Virus record (IMG/VR): IMGVR_UViG_3300010413_000048
Coordinates: 1-52,435 of that record
Reading direction: 5' to 3' (one strand)
DNA from: a virus
Lineage: Duplodnaviria; Caudoviricetes
DNA length: 52,435 nt
Shown: positions 1-8,233 of the stretch, piece after piece
Numbering within the stretch: the stretch's first letter is position 1
How the letters are laid out: the number at the start of each line of letters is the position of its first letter
Notes under the pieces: model-generated
What the model saw: only the letters and a program-made list of their open reading frames with translations
Told to the model about the DNA's origin: nothing
Databases searched by the model: none
Made by a program: the position numbers and the translations under genes

Positions 1-144
1 GTTGAGGTGCCTGCTGCTTGCTGGTGAAGTAAGTGTATGCGAGCGACAAGAGCATCATGTTCATGAGGTTCGAAGTCCTTACGATGAATGTTTTCGGCTT
101 CTTCGATCATAAGCATTTCGAGTTCGGTAAGGTCACGATTGTAG
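1..144. repeat. Terminal direct repeat, copy 1 (circular assembly overlap)
   Basis: 1-144 is identical to 52292-52435 and lies inside the ParB-MTase gene. Confidence 0.95.
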
Positions 145-380
145 ATGCGGACAGGGACTTCTGGAGTTTGGTTGAAGAGAAGGACTGTGTATCGACGGCC
201 TCCAGCGAGGAGTTTGTAAGTCCCGTCACCATTATCTCGTACAGTTAAAGGAGTTGTTAGTCCAGATTTCTTAAGTGACCCTTCAAGTGATTCAAGGTCA
301 CCAAGTTCCTCACGATAGCGTTCTTCCATGATGATTGAAGAAGTTGGAATTGTTGCTACTTTACCGATGTCGATGGTCAT
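1..380 (-). CDS. N-terminal ParB/Srx-like part of a ParB-DNA methyltransferase fusion (continues across the join into 52291..51355; 438 aa in total)
   Basis: ATG at 380 overlaps the upstream stop (ATGA). Reads MTIDIGKVATIPTSSIIMEERYREELGDLESLEGSLKKSGLTTPLTVRDNGDGTYKLLAGGRRY..., containing the ParB box GxRR, in frame with ...IEEAENIHRKD. Confidence 0.85.
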   Translation of the reverse strand, partial: MTIDIGKVATIPTSSIIMEERYREELGDLESLEGSLKKSGLTTPLTVRDNGDGTYKLLAGGRRYTVLLFNQTPEVPVRIYNRDLTELEMLMIEEAENIHRKDFEPHEHDALVARIHLLHQQAAGTS

Positions 381-565
381 TCTTTAATCCTCCCAGGTTG
401 GTTTAAAAAGTTAAGTATTTCTTTTCTTACTCTATCCATATCGGCTCTGACATGAATAGTTACTGAGTTCTTTGTCGTACGATATGTGTGAGAGACTTTA
501 TCTTCAGAAGATAAAATCTGCTTGAGTCCGGCAATTAGTTGTTGTTCAGTTGCGAAGATTTTCAT
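377..565 (-). CDS. hypothetical protein
   Basis: ORF in a tightly packed operon with a GGAG RBS. Confidence 0.6.
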   Translation of the reverse strand: MKIFATEQQLIAGLKQILSSEDKVSHTYRTTKNSVTIHVRADMDRVRKEILNFLNQPGRIKE

Positions 566-761
566 AGTTAGATTCTCCTATGATTAATTTAAGATGTACT
601 CTTCTTATCATCCAGATAAATTCATAAAGTTTATCTGGAGGTATTTCATACTTAAGTGAAAAATGTATTATTTCTTTCTGAGTTTCATTAAGATTTAAAA
701 AATAAGGCACAAAGTTTGCTAACCATAATAACGCTTCTTTACTCATCTTATCATCAATCAC
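546..761 (-). CDS. hypothetical protein
   Basis: ORF overlapping its neighbours in the operon. Confidence 0.55.
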   Translation of the reverse strand: MIDDKMSKEALLWLANFVPYFLNLNETQKEIIHFSLKYEIPPDKLYEFIWMIRRVHLKLIIGESNYENLRN

Positions 762-988
762 TCAGTATCTCCTATCAAAGCCAAGAGTTCTGCTGCAAGA
801 TCAGGACTCATGCCTTTGTCGATTTGATCTTTGGTTAGTTTCTTTTCTTGCTTCTTGGTGACGGTCTTTGTTTTAGTAGTCTTCACAGGCACTCGACGAG
901 ATAGACGGATTTGACGTAGTTCTTCGAGTGCCTCTTCACGACTCTTGTCGGCAATTGAGATGTAGCCGAGGGATTTAAGATCTGCCAT
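758..988 (-). CDS. hypothetical basic protein
   Basis: AGGAG RBS; Lys/Thr-rich ORF. Confidence 0.7.
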   Translation of the reverse strand: MADLKSLGYISIADKSREEALEELRQIRLSRRVPVKTTKTKTVTKKQEKKLTKDQIDKGMSPDLAAELLALIGDTE

Positions 989-1202
989 TGGTTACTCCTG
1001 ATAATTGTTTACATAATCTAATTGCTTCAGTTTTAGAGAAAGATTTAGAACCTGAGGCATATAGAACTTGATCATGTTGCCAGTTTGGAATTGCCCTAGT
1101 TAGTCCACCTATTCCTCTAAAGTATTCTGCCAAAGCTTCAGCAGATTCTTCAAATCTTTCCCTATCCATATTTAGATATCTATATTCTATTTCTTTTATC
1201 AT
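975..1202 (-). CDS. hypothetical protein
   Basis: ATGA coupling to the upstream ORF. Confidence 0.6.
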   Translation of the reverse strand: MIKEIEYRYLNMDRERFEESAEALAEYFRGIGGLTRAIPNWQHDQVLYASGSKSFSKTEAIRLCKQLSGVTNGRS

Positions 1203-1390
1203 TTATATTTAAACCTCTTCGTATCACGTTTGAGAAGTGCCTTGTCATGAGGACCAAGGACTTCAGTTAAGGATTTGGGGAGGTGATAGGCTGGTAGTGG
1301 TCTGATACCAGAATCATAAGGGCACTGATCACCTTCATGATAGACACTTTTAAATGGTGTAGAGCAGTTAGGACATTTAGTTTTGAACAT
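1199..1390 (-). CDS. small Cys-containing (zinc-ribbon-like) protein
   Basis: CPNC...H...CP; GGAGGGAG RBS. Confidence 0.6.
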   Translation of the reverse strand: MFKTKCPNCSTPFKSVYHEGDQCPYDSGIRPLPAYHLPKSLTEVLGPHDKALLKRDTKRFKYK

Positions 1391-1547
1391 CAGCTCCCTC
1401 CAAAGCTCTTTCAGACCTTCTAAGAAATATCAAAAAAATAATCTGAAGCTGACTTAAGACTACTCCAATGTTCCACCAACATAGTGAAGCAAGGAATGCC
1501 ATAATAATCATAAATACTTCAAAAGAGTCAAATCTTTTTCTTTTCAT
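1377..1547 (-). CDS. small hydrophobic (membrane) protein, 56 aa, not in the ORF track
   Basis: TAATG coupling; MKRKRFDSFEVFMIIMAFLASLCWWNIGVVLSQLQIIFLIFLRR... Confidence 0.5.
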   Translation of the reverse strand: MKRKRFDSFEVFMIIMAFLASLCWWNIGVVLSQLQIIFLIFLRRSERALEGADVQN

Positions 1548-1789
1548 TACTTATCCTCCACTATCTTCTCAGCCTTTGCCAGAGAAGGAATAATTTCTCT
1601 AACTGGAGTATCTTTGTCCATGATGATTCCTATTACTATCATCCCTTTACGTTCGATCAAGTCGAGGACTTCGTCAAGCACACGTCCCATGACTGCTTTA
1701 CGGTTTCCGTAGTCGGGGAAGCACTTGAGAGTGCGAGCATATTGCTCTTCGGTTATGTCTATTTGAAACTTACGAGGATTGTCGGCCAT
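1547..1789 (-). CDS. putative ribbon-helix-helix-like DNA-binding protein
   Basis: N-terminal alternating strand RKFQIDIT followed by two predicted helices; GGAG RBS. Confidence 0.4.
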   Translation of the reverse strand: MADNPRKFQIDITEEQYARTLKCFPDYGNRKAVMGRVLDEVLDLIERKGMIVIGIIMDKDTPVREIIPSLAKAEKIVEDK

Positions 1790-1805
1790 AGTAGATACTC
1801 CAATT

Positions 1806-1830
1806 AGATGTATAAATTTTTTATTTATCT
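1806..1830. repeat. 25-bp palindrome, copy 1
   Basis: AGATGTATAAATTTTTTATTTATCT; overlaps the dCMP deaminase stop. Confidence 0.9.
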
Positions 1831-2360
1831 TTTAAATCAAACTTTCTTATAATTATTGTTGAGTTGTCGATAAGGAACTGAGTATGCTTATCAAATACAG
1901 TTAGTTCCTCACAGACTATTTCACAGATCCCTGCATTGATTAAGGTTCCGAAACATTTTTGGCAAGGGATTACTGAGTTAAGGTAGAGGGTACCTCCATA
2001 AACTGAGACTCCATTACGAGCTGCATTTGAGACAGCATTTTCCTCAGCATGTTGAGCAGGACAAAGTTCCATATGAGTGCCGGATTCGTAGCCAAGGACT
2101 TTGCGAGGACATTCATCTTTAAATCTTGCAGTCCTTGTCTCAGCACCTATACTAACTATAGCTTCATATTCTTTCTGAACTTGTATATCCTTCATAAACC
2201 TCTCATGTCCACAATGAGGTATTCCTCTTGGAGGTCCATTGTAGCCAGTGGAAACAACTGAGTTATCTTTAACTATCAATGCACCTATCTGACGAGAGAG
2301 ACAAGGAGATTTACTTGCTACAGTCTTGCAGAGGTTATGGAAGTACTCGTCCCAGTTCAT
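1821..2360 (-). CDS. dCMP deaminase
   Basis: WDEYF start, SPCLSRQIGA, TGYNGPP, HAEENA and PCQKC zinc motifs. Confidence 0.93.
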   Translation of the reverse strand: MNWDEYFHNLCKTVASKSPCLSRQIGALIVKDNSVVSTGYNGPPRGIPHCGHERFMKDIQVQKEYEAIVSIGAETRTARFKDECPRKVLGYESGTHMELCPAQHAEENAVSNAARNGVSVYGGTLYLNSVIPCQKCFGTLINAGICEIVCEELTVFDKHTQFLIDNSTIIIRKFDLKDK

Positions 2361-2680
2361 TACTGTCTAGCCTCACGAAGAGCAGCATAGAACTTGAGAA
2401 TATAATTGATTGAATCAACTAATTTCTCTTCCCACTGATCAAGTGGAATAGGATCAAGCATGAGTGGCTCATTGTTGACCATGTCACTGATTGAGACAAG
2501 CTGCTTTGCGACCAGGTTCATAATTGCTTCAGGTGTCTCCTTGTCACGGAATGCTGCTATTCGTTTCAGCGATCCAAGAACGTCGTCAGTGCTGAAGTAT
2601 TCTGATTCCTTAGCAGCACGGACTTTGGCTGCTTTTGATAGCAGATGATTCTTACACTTTTCAAACATTACTTTGTCCAT
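2360..2680 (-). CDS. all-alpha NTP pyrophosphohydrolase-like protein (DUF1599/Nmad1-like)
   Basis: K..EY...DD.L...; C-terminal WEEKLVDSINY; nucleotide-metabolism neighbourhood. Confidence 0.5.
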   Translation of the reverse strand: MDKVMFEKCKNHLLSKAAKVRAAKESEYFSTDDVLGSLKRIAAFRDKETPEAIMNLVAKQLVSISDMVNNEPLMLDPIPLDQWEEKLVDSINYILKFYAALREARQ

Positions 2681-2710
2681 CTTCTTTCTCCTTATATTAA
2701 AAAGTTAAGA

Positions 2711-2760
2711 ACCTCCGAAGGCTTCCTATATAAAGGTATTCCCTTTAGACCTCCGGAGGT
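2711..2760 (-). terminator. stem-loop downstream of the SSB gene
   Basis: ACCTCCGAAGG...CCTCCGGAGGT inverted repeat followed by a T-rich tract on the minus strand. Confidence 0.45.
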
Positions 2761-2790
2761 ACCAGCGGTAATAGGCGTTGACCGCAAGTT

Positions 2791-3234
2791 TTATTTAGGG
2801 ATGATGTACTCCATGATCTGATTCTTATCAGCATGCTCCCCGGTTTTGTCCTTCTTAATTCCAAACCTGGCCCAACCTTCCCTATTAATTACATCAGTTT
2901 CCCAATCAAAAGGACGGGTGTAGTCCAGACCAATACATGAGGTGAAGTCCCTAAATGCCCGTAGTGCGTCTTTGTAGTTATTAGGATCTTTCCATCCATT
3001 AGATTGAATGAGATCCCAGATGAAGATGTTAAACATTGGAGCATCGTGGCCAGGAATATCGCAGGTGATATTGATGTAGTTCATTCCAAAGTTCTTTTTC
3101 TCTTCATTATCCACTACACCTTTTTCAGCTTTGATAATCCTAAACTTCGCCTCGGTCTTTGCAGGGAGAAGTTTCTTCTCCGGCACATTTTTGATTTCTT
3201 CTTCGAGTGAAGAATAGTCAGATAATTCTGTCAT
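2791..3234 (-). CDS. single-stranded DNA-binding protein (DUF669-like)
   Basis: LLPA...FRIIKAE start, C-terminal K...GE..KNQI; lies downstream of the AAA recombinase gene. Confidence 0.6.
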   Translation of the reverse strand: MTELSDYSSLEEEIKNVPEKKLLPAKTEAKFRIIKAEKGVVDNEEKKNFGMNYINITCDIPGHDAPMFNIFIWDLIQSNGWKDPNNYKDALRAFRDFTSCIGLDYTRPFDWETDVINREGWARFGIKKDKTGEHADKNQIMEYIIPK

Positions 3235-3263
3235 TTGAGTTTCCTCCAGTTAAAGGGTTAATA

Positions 3264-3288
3264 AGATGTATAAATTTTTTATGTATCT
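3264..3288. repeat. 25-bp palindrome, copy 2
   Basis: AGATGTATAAATTTTTTATGTATCT. Confidence 0.9.
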
Positions 3289-3496
3289 ATTTACCTCCTT
3301 TCTTGTAGAAATAGTCGTCAGCTTTAGATCTTTCTAATTCTTCTATTTGTTGTTGGTTAGAAGAAACTTGAGTTTGGAGTTGTTGGACTTGGGTAGTTAG
3401 TTTTTCTATCTCATTCCAATGTATACATAATAGTATATGCATTAATACTATACATACTAATAGTTCCCATGTTCTTCTTATTAATTTTTTCATCAT
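3287..3496 (-). CDS. membrane-anchored coiled-coil protein
   Basis: Hydrophobic N-terminus followed by Gln-rich heptads. Confidence 0.6.
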   Translation of the reverse strand: MMKKLIRRTWELLVCIVLMHILLCIHWNEIEKLTTQVQQLQTQVSSNQQQIEELERSKADDYFYKKGGK

Positions 3497-4338
3497 AAAT
3501 ACTCCTTATCTTTCCAATCGAGTCCTACTTTCTTAAAGAACTCTTTGAAATTAGGTTCAATGAAACCAGTTGCATTGAATGCCCCTTTAAATCTTGAACG
3601 GGCTTGATATGTCCCTTGTGAATCAACAAGCATCTCACGTCTAGGTGGAGTACCTGATCCTTTTAATACATAAAGTTCATCAAACATAATAGGTACAGTT
3701 ATTACAGCTTTACCAATAATCATGAGACGATACTCAGTTATTTCATTCCTTATTCCTTTTTTGTCTATTGATAGTAACTTTGTAATTGGTTCAAGATGTC
3801 CAGTAAGAATAAAATCACAAGGGAGTGTAAGTATCTCATTCATCTTATTTTCAATTTCTATTTTAGCAGGATTATAATCAATATTAAAGGAAGGTACTTC
3901 ACCCCTAGTTCTCTCATTCATAATTGCCTTTGATAGCATCGTTAGTCCATCAATACAATAGGTTCCAAAGCTATTAAAGTATTTAATCTGTTTACGAAGT
4001 TCAAGATTCTTCTTCCATCTAGCATATGCAGTTGGTTGATAAGGATTTTCATCTTCGTATGAAGTATCAACAAATATTTGCCCTTTTGGATTACTTTCTT
4101 CATTTAAAGAACAGATTCTTCTTGGATCATCATGACTCCATGAAGGGTCTGCTTTAAGTGATTTTGAAGATCCAGGGTCAAATGAATCTATATGACAGGG
4201 CATCTTTGCAGTCCTAAACATAAATGTCTTTCCAGATCCAAGACCTCCTGTTAAAAGGGCCGAGAAGCGCTTTTGAAGAGGGTCTTTGGCATAGTGTTTC
4301 TTGACTCGTTCGAGTTCGGCTTTAGCGTCGTAGGCCAT
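3493..4338 (-). CDS. AAA_24 / Sak4-like ATPase (recombination protein)
   Basis: Walker A GGLGSGKT, Walker B YCIDGLT, ILTGH, FDE, ARSR. Confidence 0.8.
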   Translation of the reverse strand: MAYDAKAELERVKKHYAKDPLQKRFSALLTGGLGSGKTFMFRTAKMPCHIDSFDPGSSKSLKADPSWSHDDPRRICSLNEESNPKGQIFVDTSYEDENPYQPTAYARWKKNLELRKQIKYFNSFGTYCIDGLTMLSKAIMNERTRGEVPSFNIDYNPAKIEIENKMNEILTLPCDFILTGHLEPITKLLSIDKKGIRNEITEYRLMIIGKAVITVPIMFDELYVLKGSGTPPRREMLVDSQGTYQARSRFKGAFNATGFIEPNFKEFFKKVGLDWKDKEYL

Positions 4339-4544
4339 TAGGATTCCTCCTTAACTATTTCAACTGTGGTAGTGGCTTTTGTAATTTCTGTAGGAGTTAT
4401 ATGCCCAGAACTAGTAAAACTTTGTTTTCCGTCTATTGCCAGTGTTCTAGGATCTAGCCAGGGTAGTCCCATTCGTTGTATAGATATCCATTCAGGATAT
4501 AAATGATCTGGAAATTCTCTTACTGTAGTTAGTATTATTTTCAT
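4338..4544 (-). CDS. hypothetical protein
   Basis: GGAGG RBS; TAATG coupling. Confidence 0.65.
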   Translation of the reverse strand: MKIILTTVREFPDHLYPEWISIQRMGLPWLDPRTLAIDGKQSFTSSGHITPTEITKATTTVEIVKEES

Positions 4545-4548
4545 TTTC

Positions 4549-5544
4549 TTACCTCCATTCTAATTTCATCTTGTTTCTTGAGTCCTTATCTTGCGGATTC
4601 CAGTATTCAACTTTAAATCCAAAAGGAGGATCATCACAGATCCTCAAGGCATTATCTGTATGCAGACACAAGTCCCAGAACTCACAGCCTCGGTATTTAG
4701 AGCATCCACCAGGGTTCATTGGAAAGGCCATTAAGACACTGTCATTGTCAGTGCAGTGGCTTAGTCTGTCCATGTCTCTTTCAATATTATCAACTGTCAT
4801 AATCACTGTATACAACCAGATATTCATTTGCTCTGGAGTTTTGAAAGCAGGGACTCGACGAAGAGTTGAATAGTATCCTGGAGGTCGTTGTGCAGAACCT
4901 TCTGATAAGTATTCAAATCCAACTCCACAGAACTCGACACCGAGAACTTCTTCGATTGGGTAGATGCAATACATACAGTGAGTATAGGTGCCGTTTTGAA
5001 TGGAGAGATAGAATTGATCGCTCCAGAAGTTCCAGGTGATATAGTTTGCTTTTGTTGTCTTGTGATCCCAGGAAAAGATTTTTCCTGTTTCTCTGTTTCT
5101 AAGGAGACTGTCCATTCTAAAGTGGAGGACTCTGCGTTCATCAATAGGGACAGTTCCACTGATTTCAGTAAATGGCTCATTGGTTTCCTCATTACGTAAA
5201 AGTTCATTGTCAATGAGATCGTTGAAGTAAGTGAAGGCAAAGTTGTTAAGAGCTATTTCAACGGCCTCAGGGGTTTTGGGACGGAAGTTGATGTCAGTTG
5301 AAGGAGCATACTGTTTACGATAGTGACTGAGAAAGGCATTGTATGCACCTTGGACATCTTCGTAGCCGTGAATTAGTTGATATTCACGAGCAATGTGCCA
5401 GGCTTCGCCAAAGTAGAGATCATGGGAGGGAGTATCTAATCTCCATCCCAAGATGTGGGAGTAGAAATAACGACGAGGGCAGCGGAGATAGTCGTCGAGC
5501 TTTGAAGAGTCTATTATTTCCCAGGAGGGATGAGAGTTAATCAT
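4549..5544 (-). CDS. PD-(D/E)XK exonuclease, Cas4/RecB-like
   Basis: SS.L..Y..CPRRY, G.AWH, RMD...DHKT, Q...Y, C-terminal CSKYRGCEFWDLC Fe-S cysteines. Confidence 0.85.
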   Translation of the reverse strand: MINSHPSWEIIDSSKLDDYLRCPRRYFYSHILGWRLDTPSHDLYFGEAWHIAREYQLIHGYEDVQGAYNAFLSHYRKQYAPSTDINFRPKTPEAVEIALNNFAFTYFNDLIDNELLRNEETNEPFTEISGTVPIDERRVLHFRMDSLLRNRETGKIFSWDHKTTKANYITWNFWSDQFYLSIQNGTYTHCMYCIYPIEEVLGVEFCGVGFEYLSEGSAQRPPGYYSTLRRVPAFKTPEQMNIWLYTVIMTVDNIERDMDRLSHCTDNDSVLMAFPMNPGGCSKYRGCEFWDLCLHTDNALRICDDPPFGFKVEYWNPQDKDSRNKMKLEWR

Positions 5545-5722
5545 CTTCTTCCTCCGAATATTTCTCGGGATTATTTTCTCTATCCCTTGGAATTAGTTTA
5601 TTATAGAATACTTCATCAAGTGCTCCATCATCCCAGCAATCAATAAGTTGGGCTAACTCACCTGATGATAATTTAGTTAACAATATATTTCCTATTTCTC
5701 TATAACTCATAGCTTTTCCTCC

Positions 5723-5908
5723 TTATTTCTTTTCAAGTAAGTATTGGTCGAGAAGTTGTTGGGTGAGAGAAAGGATTTTCTCACACATACTTTTCTTTGA
5801 GTTAAATGTAAGTGCAGCATCTATCGTTCCTTCAATAGGACCTTCTTTAATAAATTCAAGCGCTTCCTTCCTCCACTTCTTCAAAGTCCTTTCACTTATT
5901 TTAGGCAT
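5723..5908 (-). CDS. hypothetical protein (probable start MPKISE after GGAGG)
   Basis: The track's longer start merely reads through palindrome copy 3. Confidence 0.6.
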   Translation of the reverse strand: MPKISERTLKKWRKEALEFIKEGPIEGTIDAALTFNSKKSMCEKILSLTQQLLDQYLLEKK

Positions 5909-5922
5909 CTTCTTACCTCCAA

Positions 5923-5947
5923 AGTTATATAAATTATTTATATATCT
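5923..5947. repeat. 25-bp palindrome, copy 3
   Basis: AGTTATATAAATTATTTATATATCT (one mismatch in the invariant core). Confidence 0.85.
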
Positions 5948-5948
5948 G

Positions 5949-6257
5949 TTATTCAAACAAATGATTCCGTTCTATATACTCACCTGTACTCGGCTTATAA
6001 AGTAAAAGATTAAGTCTTCCATGCCTCGAAACAAAGGCACTTGCAGCCATGACGTTAGCAACAGAGAGGGAGCAGAGGAGAAGGTAGTCGTCTGGTGAGG
6101 AATCGGAGAAGAACTCATTGAAGGTTCTTACCATATTCGCTGTTGCAAACTTGTCAAGACGACCCTCGGTCATGAAGATGAGTTCACCAAACTTGTTTGC
6201 CTTAGAAAAGTCATGAGTGCTCTTGTTGACCACAAATACCTTTGCTTGAGGTTGCAT
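5949..6257 (-). CDS. hypothetical alpha/beta phage protein
   Basis: TAATG coupling; globular composition. Confidence 0.7.
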   Translation of the reverse strand: MQPQAKVFVVNKSTHDFSKANKFGELIFMTEGRLDKFATANMVRTFNEFFSDSSPDDYLLLCSLSVANVMAASAFVSRHGRLNLLLYKPSTGEYIERNHLFE

Positions 6258-6616
6258 TAGGAGTCTCCTTCCAGATCAAAGTCGTCAGTGTTGACAGGGG
6301 TAGTCTGTTGATTCTTCATTGCTTCGAGAAGACCTTGAGGAGCAATAGAAGTCACCATAGCATCCTTGTCACGGACATCTTTGAGGTTTAGAGAAGGTTT
6401 GTGTTCCTGGATCTTGTCCTTCGGTTCATCTCGTTTTGGAGGCTGAGGAGGTTTAATGTTGTTTATTAAGTCCATGACGTTAGGGAGATCAGATAGTTCA
6501 TCATGGCCTCCATCACAGTCATGAGGGATGATGAAGTCGTAGATTTCTCCCTTAACAGCTCGACGTTCTTGTTTTAGTTCGACTCCACAAGTGGCGCAGT
6601 AGAGGTATTTAGGCAT
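6257..6616 (-). CDS. hypothetical protein with N-terminal zinc ribbon (probable start MPKYLYC)
   Basis: AGGAGG RBS before the ATG at 6616; CATC...HDC. Confidence 0.65.
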   Translation of the reverse strand: MPKYLYCATCGVELKQERRAVKGEIYDFIIPHDCDGGHDELSDLPNVMDLINNIKPPQPPKRDEPKDKIQEHKPSLNLKDVRDKDAMVTSIAPQGLLEAMKNQQTTPVNTDDFDLEGDS

Positions 6617-6902
6617 GGATAGACCTCCTATAATTGAAAGCATGGAGTAACTTCTTTGCCTGATATCTGGAAATATGTATATCATTAGCAAGTTGTAAAT
6701 AGGTATCATTATGTATGGCAGATAAGTATGCTGAAGTTATATCCTTTTCTAATTCTTGTAGACTAGACCTTTCAGAACTTACTCTTCCAGTGATTACTCC
6801 TGCAAGTTTCCATCCTTGCTTTGGTTTCTCAGCAATCACTTTCCCTGCAATAGCAGCAACTGGAATTGCGAGAAGACCTTTTATGAAAGTTCTTCGGTTC
6901 AT
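6609..6902 (-). CDS. twin-arginine-leader protein with PolA-like motif fragments
   Basis: MNRRTFIKGLLAIPVAAIA; TGRVSS...LQ; RYQAKKLLHAFNY. Confidence 0.6.
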   Translation of the reverse strand: MNRRTFIKGLLAIPVAAIAGKVIAEKPKQGWKLAGVITGRVSSERSSLQELEKDITSAYLSAIHNDTYLQLANDIHISRYQAKKLLHAFNYRRSIHA

Positions 6903-7153
6903 ATTATCGGTTCTCCTTTCTCATTAGCCAGTCCCCAACGTCTTAAGCACTCACGAAAATGAAGCATGTCGAACATAGGTGGTTGACCTGTGACAGCACA
7001 GAGCATGTTCTCAGACATCATGCCCATTACTTCACAGTGACAGCCCATAGCCATGTAATGTAGCTTCATCATCTCTTTGTGGGTGGTTAGGATTTTTTGG
7101 GAATCTTTGTTTAGTTTGACTTCGTTAGGCATCTGTTTCCTCCACAATAGCAA
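6899..7153 (-). CDS. hypothetical protein (probable start MPNEV at 7132)
   Basis: GGAGG RBS; ATGA coupling downstream. Confidence 0.6.
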   Translation of the reverse strand: MLLWRKQMPNEVKLNKDSQKILTTHKEMMKLHYMAMGCHCEVMGMMSENMLCAVTGQPPMFDMLHFRECLRRWGLANEKGEPII

Positions 7154-7577
7154 CTTTCAACTGCTCCCAGGTCTTGGCTTCTTTGTTGAGTTCTGTTACG
7201 ATGCACTTGATGTTACGGCCAAGATCAAGCAGTGCAGTTACTTTACTTGAGTAGTCACCTTTGGCCTTTGGTACGAAGCCGAGCATTACTTCAGCTTCTC
7301 CATCCGGAGCAGCCACTAAGGTCTTTATTGCAACTGCATTTGGATCAAACCTGTTTCCAGGATCTGGTCTTAGAATCAATTCTTGGCCTACATTAACTTG
7401 ACCAATGCAAGTATGCAACTGATGATGCTGGACTCCTGCGACGTAAAATTCGTAGATACAATCTTCATTCTTTTTTTCTTCTTCCATTTCTTCTCTCCTA
7501 TAATTAAAGTTTTTGTCAAGATATCCACATTCTTGAGCTAAAGCTAGATCGAATAGATCATCTGCTATATCTCCCAT
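7125..7577 (-). CDS. HIRAN domain protein
   Basis: FYVAGVQH...L.L.PDP.N.FDPNAVA...LGFVPK. Confidence 0.85.
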   Translation of the reverse strand: MGDIADDLFDLALAQECGYLDKNFNYRREEMEEEKKNEDCIYEFYVAGVQHHQLHTCIGQVNVGQELILRPDPGNRFDPNAVAIKTLVAAPDGEAEVMLGFVPKAKGDYSSKVTALLDLGRNIKCIVTELNKEAKTWEQLKVAIVEETDA

Positions 7578-7581
7578 AATT

Positions 7582-7782
7582 TTATTCTCCTTCTAATTTA
7601 TTTAAAGTCTTCAAACACTTAACACAGGTAACCAGTGATTTAAGTTCCTTGGTCATACATCCTGTCTGATCTAAATGTCGCTGACAGGCTGTTTGAAGTT
7701 GAATATCTTCACGACCCTTACGAATACAAATAGGATCTGTCTCATTAAAATAATGCCATTTAGGCTTGACTTTGGCAGTCAC
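7582..7782 (-). CDS. hypothetical zinc-binding protein
   Basis: H...C...VTCVKCL; AGGAGG RBS. Confidence 0.65.
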   Translation of the reverse strand: MTAKVKPKWHYFNETDPICIRKGREDIQLQTACQRHLDQTGCMTKELKSLVTCVKCLKTLNKLEGE

Positions 7783-8041
7783 TCGTTACCTCCTTAAATT
7801 TATAAGTATTATGTCCCTTTGCTCCAGTAGCGAATAGGTAATTTCCATCAAGAATTCTTCCAAAGCATGTTGGGCAGATATCTATTGTTACCATCTGAAG
7901 ATATGATGAACATGGCCTTCCTTCAGTCTGATCAGTGGTAAATATCACTTGAATATTAGATTTCTTTTTCTCTTTATATTCTCCTGATTGATGAAGATAA
8001 TCTTCCTTACATACATCACACATTACTATTTCTTTTCTCAT
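7760..8041 (-). CDS. hypothetical zinc-binding protein
   Basis: CDVC...DICPTC. Confidence 0.7.
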   Translation of the reverse strand: MRKEIVMCDVCKEDYLHQSGEYKEKKKSNIQVIFTTDQTEGRPCSSYLQMVTIDICPTCFGRILDGNYLFATGAKGHNTYKFKEVTSDCQSQA

Positions 8042-8096
8042 CTTCTATTACCTCTATAAACACTGGAAACCTAGGAACCCCACGACCTGAGGTCAA
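8016..8096 (-). pseudogene. orphan DNA ligase C-terminal fragment
   Basis: Frame without a start reads LTSGRGVPRFPVFIEVIEDEKRNSNV*, the motif VI region of ATP-dependent ligases. Confidence 0.7.
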
Positions 8097-8104
8097 CAAT
8101 TCTT

Positions 8105-8233
8105 TCAAGTTGAGCTACCATATTTAATTTTTTCTATCTGAAGAAGTTTAATAATTAAAGTTGCAACAACTTCTTCAAAATATCCTTTTGGACATGGTCT
8201 AGGTTTATTTATGTCTTCAAATGGATTACTCAT
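8105..8233 (-). CDS. 42-aa hypothetical protein between the ligase and its orphan C-terminus
   Basis: ATGA-coupled to the ligase stop; MSNPFEDINKPRPCPKGYFEEVVATLIIKLLQIEKIKYGSST. Confidence 0.45.
   Translation of the reverse strand: MSNPFEDINKPRPCPKGYFEEVVATLIIKLLQIEKIKYGSST

Noticed and set aside
1-144. 144-bp terminal repeat as a biological DTR
   Set aside because: It falls inside the ParB-MTase reading frame, which is restored on circularisation; most likely an assembler overlap.
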